DNA of 25,976 bases from an uncultured virus (IMG/VR IMGVR_UViG_3300042560_002875) (IMGVR_UViG_3300042560_002875), one strand, 5' to 3'. Positions 1-8,429 are shown, counted from the stretch's first letter. Notes: generated from the letters alone by a model not told the origin. Made by a program: numbers and translations.

Positions 1-647
1 TAGACGGCCATGACAGCAACAACACGTCGCCATGGCATAGACAGAGATGGGTGCATCACAATTCGTATCACTTCTTCGTCGGGGAAGAAGGGTTGCCCCC
101 GTTGGGGTTCCCTGACCGCCGATTGGAGCGGGTCCAGGAGGTCAGCATTCCACGTCCCTCCGCACACCTTGACCACTTTGCGCAGGAAGGGGATCAGTCG
201 CCTCCTGTGAAGCGTTCCCACCTTGGCCCCCTCGATTGCGCTCAGCAGCGACTCTTCGCTGAGGGGTCGACGCGAATCAAGCCTCTGGAGGATCGGCAGG
301 TGATTCCTTTGGAAGGTCGACTCGGCGATCCCTTCTGCGAGCTTAAGCCTCTTCCAACGCGCAACAACGTCATCAAGGTCCAGCCTCGACTGGCTCGTCT
401 TACCCTTCTTTACCCTTTCGACCGCGCAGGCACCCCTCCAGGCGTCTGAGTCAAAGCCGTCCACTTGCGTACTCAGGTAGCCCTTGAGGTCCCATGCACG
501 CTTTTGGACGGCCTCCGGGCCCGCTTCAAAATCCAGGTGCAGTGGGATTTTCCGGCCACTGACCTGGACGTAGAGGCGCTGTCCGATAGCCCTAAGACGG
601 AATCCCCTGCCAAAGGTGCCACCGCACTTTTCCGACAGGAGGGCCAC
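1..647 (-). CDS. Tyrosine recombinase/integrase-like protein, N-terminal part (runs off the left edge)
   Basis: Manual translation shows an open frame from about 756 to base 1; it is missing from the ORF track because no stop lies in the window. It reads ...FRLRAIGQRLYVQVSGRKIPL...RWKRLKLAEGIAESTFQRNHLPIL...RRRLIPFLRKVVK...FPDEEVIRIV...PWRRVVAVMAV(Y). The end resembles the helix preceding the box I YGLR arginine of tyrosine integrases. Start uncertain (GTG at 647, 662 or 728). Catalytic residues lie outside the window. Confidence 0.7.
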   Translation of the reverse strand, partial: MALLSEKCGGTFGRGFRLRAIGQRLYVQVSGRKIPLHLDFEAGPEAVQKRAWDLKGYLSTQVDGFDSDAWRGACAVERVKKGKTSQSRLDLDDVVARWKRLKLAEGIAESTFQRNHLPILQRLDSRRPLSEESLLSAIEGAKVGTLHRRRLIPFLRKVVKVCGGTWNADLLDPLQSAVREPQRGQPFFPDEEVIRIVMHPSLSMPWRRVVAVMAV

Positions 648-679
648 TGTTAAATCGACCACCTTTTGCTGGGGGGCCG

Positions 680-902
680 AGGGTAAGTTTACCCTTTTTT
701 GACCCCTTTTGCCTCCAGTTGCCTCCACTTGCCTCCAGTTCCAGGAGCCCGAAACCTAGCTGGCAGAGTGGTTTTCTAGCAATAGCAGTGGGTTTGCCCG
801 TCTCCGCCCCTCCCGCTCTATCAGGGGGGATTCACTCCTCGAAAGCCTTTGCTAGCAGTGGGTTTGAGAGAGTGGTTTTTGGACTTACCCGTGGACTTAC
901 CC
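680..902. repeat. Repeat/palindrome array upstream of the integrase; attP-like region
   Basis: TTGCCTCCA(G/C) x3 at 10-bp period (709-738); TGGACTTACCC x2 (880-890, 892-902); inverted ACTTACCC copy (GGGTAAGT, 681-688) inside palindrome AGGGTAAGTTTACCCT; TAGCAGTGGGTTTG twice and AGAGTGGTTTT twice between about 765 and 880. The repeats are seen directly; the att function is inferred. Confidence 0.55.
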
Positions 903-1158
903 TTTCAATCATTGCCTCCATGTCCCCCCTCGAGGGGTACCTGGCCAGCAGCGCCCTTGCTTCCGCCCTGACAACCCTGGGTACTCTCGGGGTGCGCTTG
1001 GGGTCGATCAGGCTTCCCAGGAAGGTCCGAGCAGCCAGTAGGGCTTCTGTCTGAAGCCACGACACGGACGGCGCCTCTTTGCAGTACCCCCCGCATGGGG
1101 GAGCTTCTCCCGATGAGAGGGGCCCCAAGGGGAGCTCAAGTTGCACGTAAGTCGACAC
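832..1158 (-). CDS. Small phage protein, BPSL0761-like (from memory of the motif)
   Basis: EALLAARTFLGSLIDPKRTPRVPRVVRAEARALLARYPS resembles a recurring small phage protein motif (FL..L.DP..TPRVP..VR..A..LL.HYP). Start ambiguous: GTG 1158 (AAGGA upstream) or GTG 1065 (AAGAGG upstream). Confidence 0.55.
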   Translation of the reverse strand: MSTYVQLELPLGPLSSGEAPPCGGYCKEAPSVSWLQTEALLAARTFLGSLIDPKRTPRVPRVVRAEARALLARYPSRGDMEAMIERVSPRVSPKTTLSNPLLAKAFEE

Positions 1159-1175
1159 GGAATGTTCCTTGCTTC

Positions 1176-1209
1176 TGTCAGGATATGCCATATCTGGCAC
1201 TATGCCATA
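1176..1209. promoter_or_regulatory. Operator-like TGCCA/TGGCA repeat cluster between divergent genes
   Basis: TATGCCATA at 1184-1192 and 1201-1209 with inverted TGGCA at 1195-1199, in the short gap between divergent starts at 1158 and 1227. Confidence 0.35.
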
Positions 1210-1226
1210 CAAATCAATCACTGTTC

Positions 1227-1436
1227 ATGCGTTGCCCCCAGTGTCAGGTGATGGAACACACCTGTGTCCTCAACACGGTTCATAGGGAGGACGGAGTTGT
1301 CCGTCGTCGCAGGGGCTGCAGGGCATGCCAGATCCGCTGGACCACCTACGAGGATATCGAGGTGGGAAGCCTGATCAATGCTTTTGTGCCGCGACCCGTC
1401 GTCGGCGATGGCATCGAAGAAGGAAGGCGGCCTTGA
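1227..1436 (+). CDS. NrdR-like zinc-ribbon protein (69 aa, no ATP-cone)
   Basis: MRCPQC...VLNT...DGVVRRRRGCRACQIRWTTYE matches the NrdR N-terminal pattern MxCPxC...RRRRxCxxCxxRFTTxE. The likely start is ATG 1227 within track ORF 1095..1436. Confidence 0.8.
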   Translation: MRCPQCQVMEHTCVLNTVHREDGVVRRRRGCRACQIRWTTYEDIEVGSLINAFVPRPVVGDGIEEGRRP

Positions 1437-2867
1437 TCAGGGCTCCCGCGGGATCAATCCTTTGGCAGGAATCTCTTCGAGGAACGGCTTCCTAGAGGAG
1501 CCGACCGTGACCAGTTCGACAAAGCGCTCGGTCGATGGATCGAAGACCTTCAAGGTATTGGTCCCTCTCGGGAGCCACCAATCGTCCTTCCGACATCTCA
1601 GTGCCGCTGGCTCCGTATCGGTTGACCAAAGGATTGGAGACCTGTCACCCGTCGGGACTTCTTCGTCGGCGGGGACTGTGTTGCGCGCATCGATCGAGAT
1701 GCGACTGGATTCAGCCAGGGCATTCCCCAGTCGGTCCAGGGTCTGCTCTCTCCGCCTGTGGTAGCGGAGGACCTCACTGCTCTCTAGTCCCTCCCCGCTA
1801 GAGATCCCCTGGAAACCACGGTCTTCATTGCCGCTGATCTGATAGTCGCTGGGCTCGTAGAACGGATAGCCAACAGACCAGCGCACAGCATGAATATGCT
1901 TGCACTCCCTTCGTTGGTCCGAGCGATCAGAGAGCGTCCGAAACCGGCTGCTGTAGCCAACAGCCTGCGACTCCCATCGGCCCTCGAGGGATCGGCCAGC
2001 GCTGGGCCTGGGGAACAATGCCTGGCTGGCGCTGCTGTCTCCACTGAAGTCAGCAATTCGACTTCCGCTGTAGTCAGGGCAGGAGCAGAAGAAACGATGA
2101 CTGCTGCAGAGATAGCGGGATCCGTTATTTCTCCAAGAGAGTGGCAGTCTACGGTCGTAGTTCACGCGCTGCCAAAATGCTCTGTCCTTCCTGGGGTTGG
2201 GCCGCCTGCGCATGAACGGGCGGGATAGATCAAAGAACAGTTGCCCCTGATCGGGATTGATATCTACCAGCGTGTAAGCAATGGTATCGATCGGCTCTGC
2301 AATCAATCCCTGGGGCGACTCTGTCCCAACAGCCGAATCCTCAAATTGATCTCCGATAAACGCAGACCATTCCATGATCTGCGTGCTGGTCAGGGTCGAG
2401 CTGACATCAAGAATCAGCCGGTGGCGATCAGCTTCCGGGCGGGACGTGTCGAGAACCATGTTCTCCGCCCTGAGCAACTGCGGGAGGATGAGGGCTCCTC
2501 GGTTTCGATTGACGACCGTCCAGGATGCATCCGGGGAAGATCCGCTGGGGAAGTAGGTGACAGTCGTCAGCTGCGGACCCGGGAGCGCTCCATAATCCCT
2601 GAGGCTCCTGACCAGGAAGTATCTCTCAAGGTCGGCCCAGCTTTTGCCAGAGCCCTGCCAGTAATCCCAGCCAGCGCGCCACCTCTTGTAATCGCTATCC
2701 CGGTTGTACGCCTCAAGGATGGTCGGATAGACCGTTCCCCCTGTTTGCCCTTGCCCCCCTCCACGGGCGCTGCTGCGGTAACTTCCGGCTTTTGTTGCCC
2801 GAGCCGGCCTGGTCACGCTGTCCATTCGGGCGAAGTTATCGACCCGAGGGGATCGATCCACCCGCAT
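1437..2867 (-). CDS. SWIM-type zinc-finger-containing protein, function unknown (476 aa)
   Basis: FFCSCPDY ... RECKHIHAV forms a CxC...CxH SWIM-like motif with a long spacer. Its start overlaps the upstream stop at 2867. Confidence 0.65.
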   Translation of the reverse strand: MRVDRSPRVDNFARMDSVTRPARATKAGSYRSSARGGGQGQTGGTVYPTILEAYNRDSDYKRWRAGWDYWQGSGKSWADLERYFLVRSLRDYGALPGPQLTTVTYFPSGSSPDASWTVVNRNRGALILPQLLRAENMVLDTSRPEADRHRLILDVSSTLTSTQIMEWSAFIGDQFEDSAVGTESPQGLIAEPIDTIAYTLVDINPDQGQLFFDLSRPFMRRRPNPRKDRAFWQRVNYDRRLPLSWRNNGSRYLCSSHRFFCSCPDYSGSRIADFSGDSSASQALFPRPSAGRSLEGRWESQAVGYSSRFRTLSDRSDQRRECKHIHAVRWSVGYPFYEPSDYQISGNEDRGFQGISSGEGLESSEVLRYHRRREQTLDRLGNALAESSRISIDARNTVPADEEVPTGDRSPILWSTDTEPAALRCRKDDWWLPRGTNTLKVFDPSTERFVELVTVGSSRKPFLEEIPAKGLIPREP

Positions 2868-3388
2868 TAGTAGTAGCCGCCCTGGGCAAAAATGTTAACT
2901 TTTGTCAGGGGATTGGGGGCAGTGATGGCCCGATCCAGTCCCACATACAGCAGTTGATTGGCTTTGATCAAGAGCCCAGTGTTTTTCTTGGCCGTTTCTG
3001 ATGTGGACGTGTCAGCCCCAAGATTCGGAACCGGCACAGACAAGGGAGGCAGGGAGACGTTCGTTCTTTGTCCCGCAGCGCCTGAGACAATCGCAGCAGA
3101 GGCCACAACAGCCGTGTTCTCTGTTGTGATCCCAAACGGTGTTGGCGAGGAGCTTAGGAAGAAAAGGACAACAGCAGCCGTGGTATTGGCCTCTGTGGCA
3201 ACAAGGGAGAGACTGTCAATGACAGCACCATCGTTACCAAGGCAGTCCACCAGCACGGTGCAGCCACCACCAAGGATGCTAGCTAGGTTGGCCTGCGACG
3301 ACAGGGCTGGCGTCGCCCCAAGAGTCGCGAACTCGTGAAGAGGTCGATCAACCAGCAGGGGCTGCTTGTTGGTGCTTGAACTGCTCAC
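2867..3388 (-). CDS. Hypothetical, probable virion structural protein (173 aa)
   Basis: Small-residue and beta-strand-like composition, GTG start, located in the operon downstream of the capsid gene. Confidence 0.6.
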   Translation of the reverse strand: MSSSSTNKQPLLVDRPLHEFATLGATPALSSQANLASILGGGCTVLVDCLGNDGAVIDSLSLVATEANTTAAVVLFFLSSSPTPFGITTENTAVVASAAIVSGAAGQRTNVSLPPLSVPVPNLGADTSTSETAKKNTGLLIKANQLLYVGLDRAITAPNPLTKVNIFAQGGYY

Positions 3389-3428
3389 TTTTTCTTACAA
3401 GTTGCTGACCTGGTCATGCTAAGCAAAG

Positions 3429-3845
3429 TCAGGCACGCAATTGCGGCCCGCGCCTCAAAGCAGTGTTCATTCCCCTCGGCCCACGGGTCGGCCCGGTAAA
3501 CATGTCCGGGTTGATGCCGTTGTCGGTACCAGCCCGCTGGTTCCCTGGCCCTCGGCGCTCTGTCTCCCCCATGGGGATTGTTGTGGTGGGGAAGCTAGCG
3601 AGGGCTTGCTCCTGTTGTGGAGTTAACGGAAACTGACTGCGGGGAGGGGTCGCCAGTGCATCGACAAGTTGCACCCCTGCAATGGGGTATCGAACGATGT
3701 TGTCGTTATATGGCGTTCTGTACTCGATCTCCATTGGCCGCAGTCCTGCGGTATTCATCGTGTTGTTGAGCTGATTCCTTGGATCACCCGGCGCTGTCGG
3801 ATGCCCGCTGAAAAGAGCTGCCAGTGATGGAGCGTTCTTCATCAT
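3429..3845 (-). CDS. Hypothetical Pro/Gly/Arg-rich protein
   Basis: ATG at 3845/3842 overlaps the upstream TGA and has GGAGG upstream. No recognisable domain. Confidence 0.55.
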   Translation of the reverse strand: MMKNAPSLAALFSGHPTAPGDPRNQLNNTMNTAGLRPMEIEYRTPYNDNIVRYPIAGVQLVDALATPPRSQFPLTPQQEQALASFPTTTIPMGETERRGPGNQRAGTDNGINPDMFTGPTRGPRGMNTALRRGPQLRA

Positions 3846-4822
3846 TTCCTCCAATTAAGGTTCCAAGGATTAACTCCCCTCAGTAGTTCCTCATCGGACT
3901 GGGGAGAGGGCGCGGCTGGCGCATCTCGCCGCCCCTTGCGAATTCTGTTGAGGTGCTCACCCAGGAGATCCCCTGCCTTGCCGTAAGGGGAGATGGCCTC
4001 TTCCTCCGGGGAAAACGCACGATTGGCCTGCACCGGGTCAGGCTCCCACGCCGGGATGTTGCTTACGGTGTCTTGAAATGCATCGGGACGGGGCTGGACT
4101 TCGGGGATGTTGAACTTGCTGCCAAGATTCACCTCTGGCAAGAACGGATTGCTTTCAGTTGATGCATAGGCCTGTTCTGCCGTGCCAGAGAAGTTGGGCA
4201 ATTGGCTGACGACCGGGCGAACGATGCCCTCAATTGAGGCAGGCTCCACGTAGCCATGCTTGGCCTTGAGCTTGTCCGCAAGTTTTTTGTTGGCGCCAGC
4301 CCAGGACTTGATATCCGCCTGATCCCAGTATTCCTGCTGGGAAGGATCCAGTCTTCCATCAAGGGCTCCTCCTTTCCGGTATTCCAGTGCGGCCTTTCCT
4401 CTTGCCTGTGCGGCATCAGCCTGCTCTGGCGTTAATCCCGCCTGTTGGACCATGGCGTTGTAGGCCCGTTCTCTTCCAGAGGGGCCGGTCACGGGCCTGG
4501 CCACATTGCTTATTCCAGGCGTCCGGGGTGGGGGAGCCTGAAAAGCGGGAATACGAGCAGAAGCCTGCCGGGTTGGAGGAGGAAGCGCTGAAGCCAGCCT
4601 CGAGCCCCCGGCGTTTCCGCCGCCGACGCTGCCGGTGGGAACGCCCTGGGGGTAATCTGCAATGACCTTGGCTGAAGGAGGCAGTCCTGACATCCGCCTA
4701 GGACCGAACCGGCCGCCTGGTTGCGTTGGATTTGGACTCCACCAGCGATTACCACCCTGGGCGGCAGTGGGACGGGGCTGCCTTGTGCTGCCACTGCCGT
4801 AAGCTCCGGGTTGGCCAGGCAT
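3842..4822 (-). CDS. Hypothetical low-complexity protein, possibly internal virion protein (326 aa)
   Basis: Tightly packed in the minus-strand operon, GGAGG before ATG, P/G/A/R-rich. Function is inference only. Confidence 0.6.
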   Translation of the reverse strand: MPGQPGAYGSGSTRQPRPTAAQGGNRWWSPNPTQPGGRFGPRRMSGLPPSAKVIADYPQGVPTGSVGGGNAGGSRLASALPPPTRQASARIPAFQAPPPRTPGISNVARPVTGPSGRERAYNAMVQQAGLTPEQADAAQARGKAALEYRKGGALDGRLDPSQQEYWDQADIKSWAGANKKLADKLKAKHGYVEPASIEGIVRPVVSQLPNFSGTAEQAYASTESNPFLPEVNLGSKFNIPEVQPRPDAFQDTVSNIPAWEPDPVQANRAFSPEEEAISPYGKAGDLLGEHLNRIRKGRRDAPAAPSPQSDEELLRGVNPWNLNWRK

Positions 4823-4825
4823 CTG

Positions 4826-5311
4826 TTACCTCCAGTTGATAGCGCCGGTCATGGTCGCCACGCGAGTCCCGACAGCCGTATCAGCTGGACCGGGAACCGC
4901 CATGATGAACTCAGCACCGCTGCGAATAAACGCAAAGCGATGTACGTCCTCCCGCCGGTAATTGGGGACGTAAAGGGTTTCAGCCAATCGGTCCACTTCC
5001 CGAAGGTAGATCTCCCTGTACATCTGGTCCGCTTTTAACGGATCCGATTGGAAGATGGCCCGATCCGTGTCGCCCGTGATGCGCTCAATCCGACTGGGCA
5101 TCGGCTGGGTTTCATCCCGCAGTACTTCCGAGAGCTGCCAGGCGTTGTCGCATCGTTTGAGATGCTCCAAGACCTTGTCATAGAAGAAGCTGTCGGGAAC
5201 CCGGGCCATTGCTTCCTCTAACCTGGCCGCATCGCCAGCCGGGATTTGCGCCCCTAGGTTGTAGCCCAGGTGAAACCGGCAGCGGGATTTGTCGTAAGGA
5301 TTGAGCTCCAC
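4826..5311 (-). CDS. Putative head-completion/adaptor-type protein (161 aa)
   Basis: Helical-looking sequence starting DKSRCRFHLGY; position three genes after the capsid gene. The product call is positional. Confidence 0.5.
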   Translation of the reverse strand: MELNPYDKSRCRFHLGYNLGAQIPAGDAARLEEAMARVPDSFFYDKVLEHLKRCDNAWQLSEVLRDETQPMPSRIERITGDTDRAIFQSDPLKADQMYREIYLREVDRLAETLYVPNYRREDVHRFAFIRSGAEFIMAVPGPADTAVGTRVATMTGAINWR

Positions 5312-5348
5312 GCCACCGCGGCTAATTGGCCTCGGTGAAGTCTAGCGA

Positions 5349-5780
5349 TCAGGCCACATAGATCAAATCGTCCAGGCGGACCTGCTCCCAATCCACTCGG
5401 GGTACGGACTTGAGTTGCTCCAGATTCTGGAACTTCTCCCCAGGAAGGCTCATCCTCAGCTCGACAATCTTCTTGGCTGTTGAGAAGCCAACACCATTGA
5501 CATGCTTGGCAATCTGCTCAGCTGTTGCCAGATTCAAATTCAATCGGGTATCGACAGGAATAGCCCGCTCAGGGATCTTGTCCTCGTCAGCGGAGTTGTC
5601 CGCCATGGGAGACTCTGGGCTGCCGCCAGTGCGGCCTTTGCCTGGGGTGTACTCCTCTAGGTCTTTCAGGAGCGGATAAACCACTGCTCCTGACTGGGTC
5701 CGGACTTGGGCACAGTCCTTGCCATGGAAACTGATCAATTCAACGATCTGCCCAGTTTTCCGCTCGAGGTAAAGAGACAT
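5349..5780 (-). CDS. Helix-hairpin-helix (ComEA-like) DNA-binding domain protein
   Basis: C-terminal RLNLNLATAEQIAKHVNGVGFSTAKKIVELR...KFQNLEQLKSVPRV fits the ComEA-type pattern (ININTA..EL...GIG...A..I...R...F....L..V). Confidence 0.8.
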   Translation of the reverse strand: MSLYLERKTGQIVELISFHGKDCAQVRTQSGAVVYPLLKDLEEYTPGKGRTGGSPESPMADNSADEDKIPERAIPVDTRLNLNLATAEQIAKHVNGVGFSTAKKIVELRMSLPGEKFQNLEQLKSVPRVDWEQVRLDDLIYVA

Positions 5781-5831
5781 GCTTGCGCTCTCTTGGTAGA
5801 GGCCATTGTTCTAAGTAATCCTAAAGGGAAG

Positions 5832-5859
5832 GAGCAGGGCGACCGAGATCACCCTGCTC
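5832..5859 (-). terminator. Probable terminator or stability hairpin after the capsid and next gene
   Basis: Minus-strand stem GAGCAGGGTGAT/GTCGCCCTGCTC (12 bp with two G-U pairs) followed by CTTCCCTTT, a weak U tract. Confidence 0.55.
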
Positions 5860-5877
5860 TGATTCCACGGGTTAGTC

Positions 5878-6525
5878 CTAGATGGTCTCGACGATGGCAG
5901 GCAGGCCACCAAACGCGCTTTCGTCGCTGGCCTCGTCATCCAGGTAGTAAGCCACCTCAGCAATGAGGAAGCTGCCACCAGGCTCGCTGGAGGTCAGCCC
6001 AGCAGCGTCGCCAGCTGCCGTGCTCCCGTTGTCATAGAACAGCTTCAGGGTCATCTGAGCTGTGGTCTTGACGGGGGTGATCACACCAAACACCGAGCTC
6101 TGGGGAGCGGCAGTGTTACTGGTGTCATCAATCGGCGTGGTGGAGAGTGTCGTGGCGGTAATTGCCGCCCCGTTCACGCTCACTGCGCTAGCGAGCTTGA
6201 TGCGGTCCGTGCCAGCACCCCAGACCAGTCCAGAACGGGCAGTGCCCTGGCCGGCGTCCTTGCGTGCATCCCGGATCCGTAGACCCAGGAAGTACACAAA
6301 TGCGCCGTTGGGAATCACCAGACCGGTGATGTCGGGACGGGGCTTGTCATCGGGCCGCTTGTCAGGCGATGGCACAATGACATTAAACTCGGTACGAGCG
6401 GTGGAATCGACCTTGATGTAGCCGACCCTGTGAATGTAGGTCCGACCGGGCATGGTCACGACGCCCTGGCTTTGGTAAGCACTTAGCGCAGAAACATAGT
6501 TGCCCGGATAAATCTTCTTGGTCAT
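5878..6525 (-). CDS. Probable structural protein (capsid decoration/cement-like), 215 aa
   Basis: Directly follows the capsid gene with AGAGG RBS, precedes the hairpin, T/S/A/G-rich. The specific role is inferred from position. Confidence 0.55.
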   Translation of the reverse strand: MTKKIYPGNYVSALSAYQSQGVVTMPGRTYIHRVGYIKVDSTARTEFNVIVPSPDKRPDDKPRPDITGLVIPNGAFVYFLGLRIRDARKDAGQGTARSGLVWGAGTDRIKLASAVSVNGAAITATTLSTTPIDDTSNTAAPQSSVFGVITPVKTTAQMTLKLFYDNGSTAAGDAAGLTSSEPGGSFLIAEVAYYLDDEASDESAFGGLPAIVETI

Positions 6526-6540
6526 GTCAGTAGCCTCTGA

Positions 6541-7415
6541 TCAGTAAACGAAGCTGTAGGCGACCGTGATGAAGTCCTTGTTCAGCACTTCAAAGCCGGC
6601 CATGAGGCTCCACACCATGATGATGAATCGACCAAAGTCATCATTGTTGTTGAGCAGGATTTGAGCATTGTCACCGCCAATACCCACGCCAACGGCCTGC
6701 ATCCCGAAGAACAGGATTGGAGCAGCTTCCGTGACAGCAGCTGAGATGCTGGCCACGGGGATGGTGGTGGTGTAGCTCTTGTCTGGCAGGTTGGTCGATT
6801 CAAACCATTGAATCCCCTCGAAAAGGAATCCAGTCGGCATGACCGGCTGACCGGCCACAAAGCCAGCCTGGCCGTAGCCAACGCCAGAACCCAGGTAGTT
6901 GATGGCATTGGGGGCCAGATGCGGTTGCATCGGATTGGCCATGCCATTGCCGGGGTAACGAGCGATCTCGCGGAAATCGCTGTCCTGGCGCAGGTGCTTC
7001 ATCGCAGTGGGACTGGCGATGCAGCGATAGTGCCCATTCGGGAAGGTTGGCACGTTGCGCCGACGCATGCCTTCAAGGACGTCCAGGAGGTCGTCCTTGA
7101 CCCCAAATTTGGCGGACTGGCCGGAGCCGTAGCTTGCGACCGTGGTGCCGGTTTTGGTCTTGTTCTTGGGGAAGAAATAGCCACCCTGGGTGGAATCAGC
7201 CCTTCCGTTGGCTTCTGCTTTGAAGAGCTCGTCAGCGAACACCCGATCACGCCAACGGCGGTAATCGTCAAGAAGTGTTAAGGAGCCGATCGACTGGTGG
7301 AACGCCGCGATATTGCGGGTATCCAGCAGCAGGCGCTGAGAAGTCATCAGCGTCTCCCGTGCCACCTTGAAGGTGCTGGGCTGGTCAGCCTGTGAAGGGT
7401 CGGCGGGGCCGGTAT
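6541..7415 (-). CDS. Major capsid protein, exon 2
   Basis: The track ORF frame extends upstream to 7413 (TGPADPSQADQPSTFKVARETL...). Capsid-like motifs: YRCIASPTAMKHLRQDSDF, GFLFEGIQWFESTNLP, FFGMQAVGVG, DDFGR..MVW. The spliced product is 379 aa. Confidence 0.85.
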
Positions 7416-8429
7416 CAGTGTTGTTACCCTAGAGGCTCTTTATCCCCTAGTTCTGCAGCTTTGCCATTGCTGCAGCTCAGACTATATCATCACCCTTCAG
7501 GTCCACCTGATTCGGGTGCGGAGCACTCGTGCCGCCTTATCGTCCACTTCCTGCAAGCAGGTGTTGGGACTCGCTCAGCCATTGGGCAACAGTGCCCGTT
7601 CGACTGAGGTCAACTTTGTAGGCAAGGCAGGGATGTATGTACTCAGTAATGGCTCCAACAAGTAGTCGAAACTGCTTGGCGAACCATCGGAGATACAGCA
7701 TTCCACCTTTGTGACGAACAACTGAGCCAGAGGCTCCGGTGACGTCGTGAATCCAAGAAGCGACAACATCAACCTCCTCTTCATCCTTGCTGACGGGCAG
7801 CCAGCCAGAGCGCTCGACCTTGATCGAGCGAGGCCTCTGACGGCGACGGACCTCCAGGGATCCATCGTCCATCCAGAGAAGTGCCAACGCCTCGGGGCCG
7901 AGGTCACTGAACGCCTGAGGGGTGAATCTTTTGACGCCATTTGGATATAAGACGTCATACACGGGGGCGAGGTGCCGCTTGCTGCTGACGCCGAAACGGA
8001 CGGCGGGGTATTTCCCTTTGTCCATAAACGAGCGCAGAGATGCAGCAGTCCCGAGCTCTTGATTCAGCCGAGCCAGCTGCCATTGCGCGTAAGGCGCCTG
8101 GCGCTGACAGCGGCTGATGTACAGCGTAACTGTTCCGAAACGCTTATCGCGTCTCAGACAGCCATCACCAAGAGCACATCCCATGAAAAACGCTTGTGTC
8201 ACAACTTGATTGCCTAGGGAGTCGACAACGGTAGTCGTTGAACCTTCCAGCCATTCCTGGCTGGCTTGGCTGCTGATTACCCGGCCCAGTGTCATCCGTA
8301 AGAGTCTACCGGTTGGAGGGCTTCCAGCAATTCACTCCGTGTTCGACGCGGATTACGCCGCGAAGGAGCTGATAGCCAGAGCTGGTACGTCCGCCTCAGG
8401 GGCGAACAGGCCAGTCAGGGCTTGAGCCA
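7416..8429 (-). mobile_element. Group I self-splicing intron (IA-like architecture), 1014 nt, in the major capsid gene
   Basis: 5' exon ends in U (GAG T at 8430) and the intron ends in G (7416); the join gives KE-Y-TGPADP in frame. Core elements on the minus strand: P AAUUGCUGGAA 8322-8332; Q AAUCAGCAG 8270-8278; R GUUCAACGACUA 8232-8243; S GAUAUAGUC 7480-7488; P3 CGGAGUG 8333-8339 pairs UGCUCCG 7519-7525; P6 stem CCAGCCA-GGAA-UGGCUGG; P8 CACCC..UCAGGU/ACCUGA..GGGUG; P9 CUGCAGC/GCUGCAG. Confidence 0.93.
7537..8295 (-). CDS. Intron-encoded two-motif LAGLIDADG homing endonuclease
   Basis: Motifs AFFMGCALGDG and EALALLWMDDG, both retaining acidic residues. The bulk of the ORF lies between P7 and P3'. 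Start is ATG 8295 or GTG 8202. Confidence 0.85.
   Translation of the reverse strand: MTLGRVISSQASQEWLEGSTTTVVDSLGNQVVTQAFFMGCALGDGCLRRDKRFGTVTLYISRCQRQAPYAQWQLARLNQELGTAASLRSFMDKGKYPAVRFGVSSKRHLAPVYDVLYPNGVKRFTPQAFSDLGPEALALLWMDDGSLEVRRRQRPRSIKVERSGWLPVSKDEEEVDVVASWIHDVTGASGSVVRHKGGMLYLRWFAKQFRLLVGAITEYIHPCLAYKVDLSRTGTVAQWLSESQHLLAGSGR

Noticed and set aside
795..845. Possible tRNA/tmRNA fragment as att core (GAATCCCCCTG on the minus strand)
   Set aside because: No GTTCGA T-loop, cloverleaf or CCA end can be built.
10..1054. Plus-strand ORFs 10..210, 51..449, 465..653, 719..1054
   Set aside because: They are antisense to the integrase-like and BPSL0761-like frames and have no recognisable motifs.
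5349..5780. PsbU-like photosynthesis auxiliary gene
   Set aside because: Only the HhH-type fold is shared; there is no signal peptide and the context is structural.
7416..8429. Intein or group II intron as the explanation for the split capsid gene
   Set aside because: The insertion has stops and changes frame, so it is not an intein. There is no GUGYG start, domain V or reverse transcriptase, while group I P/Q/R/S elements are present.
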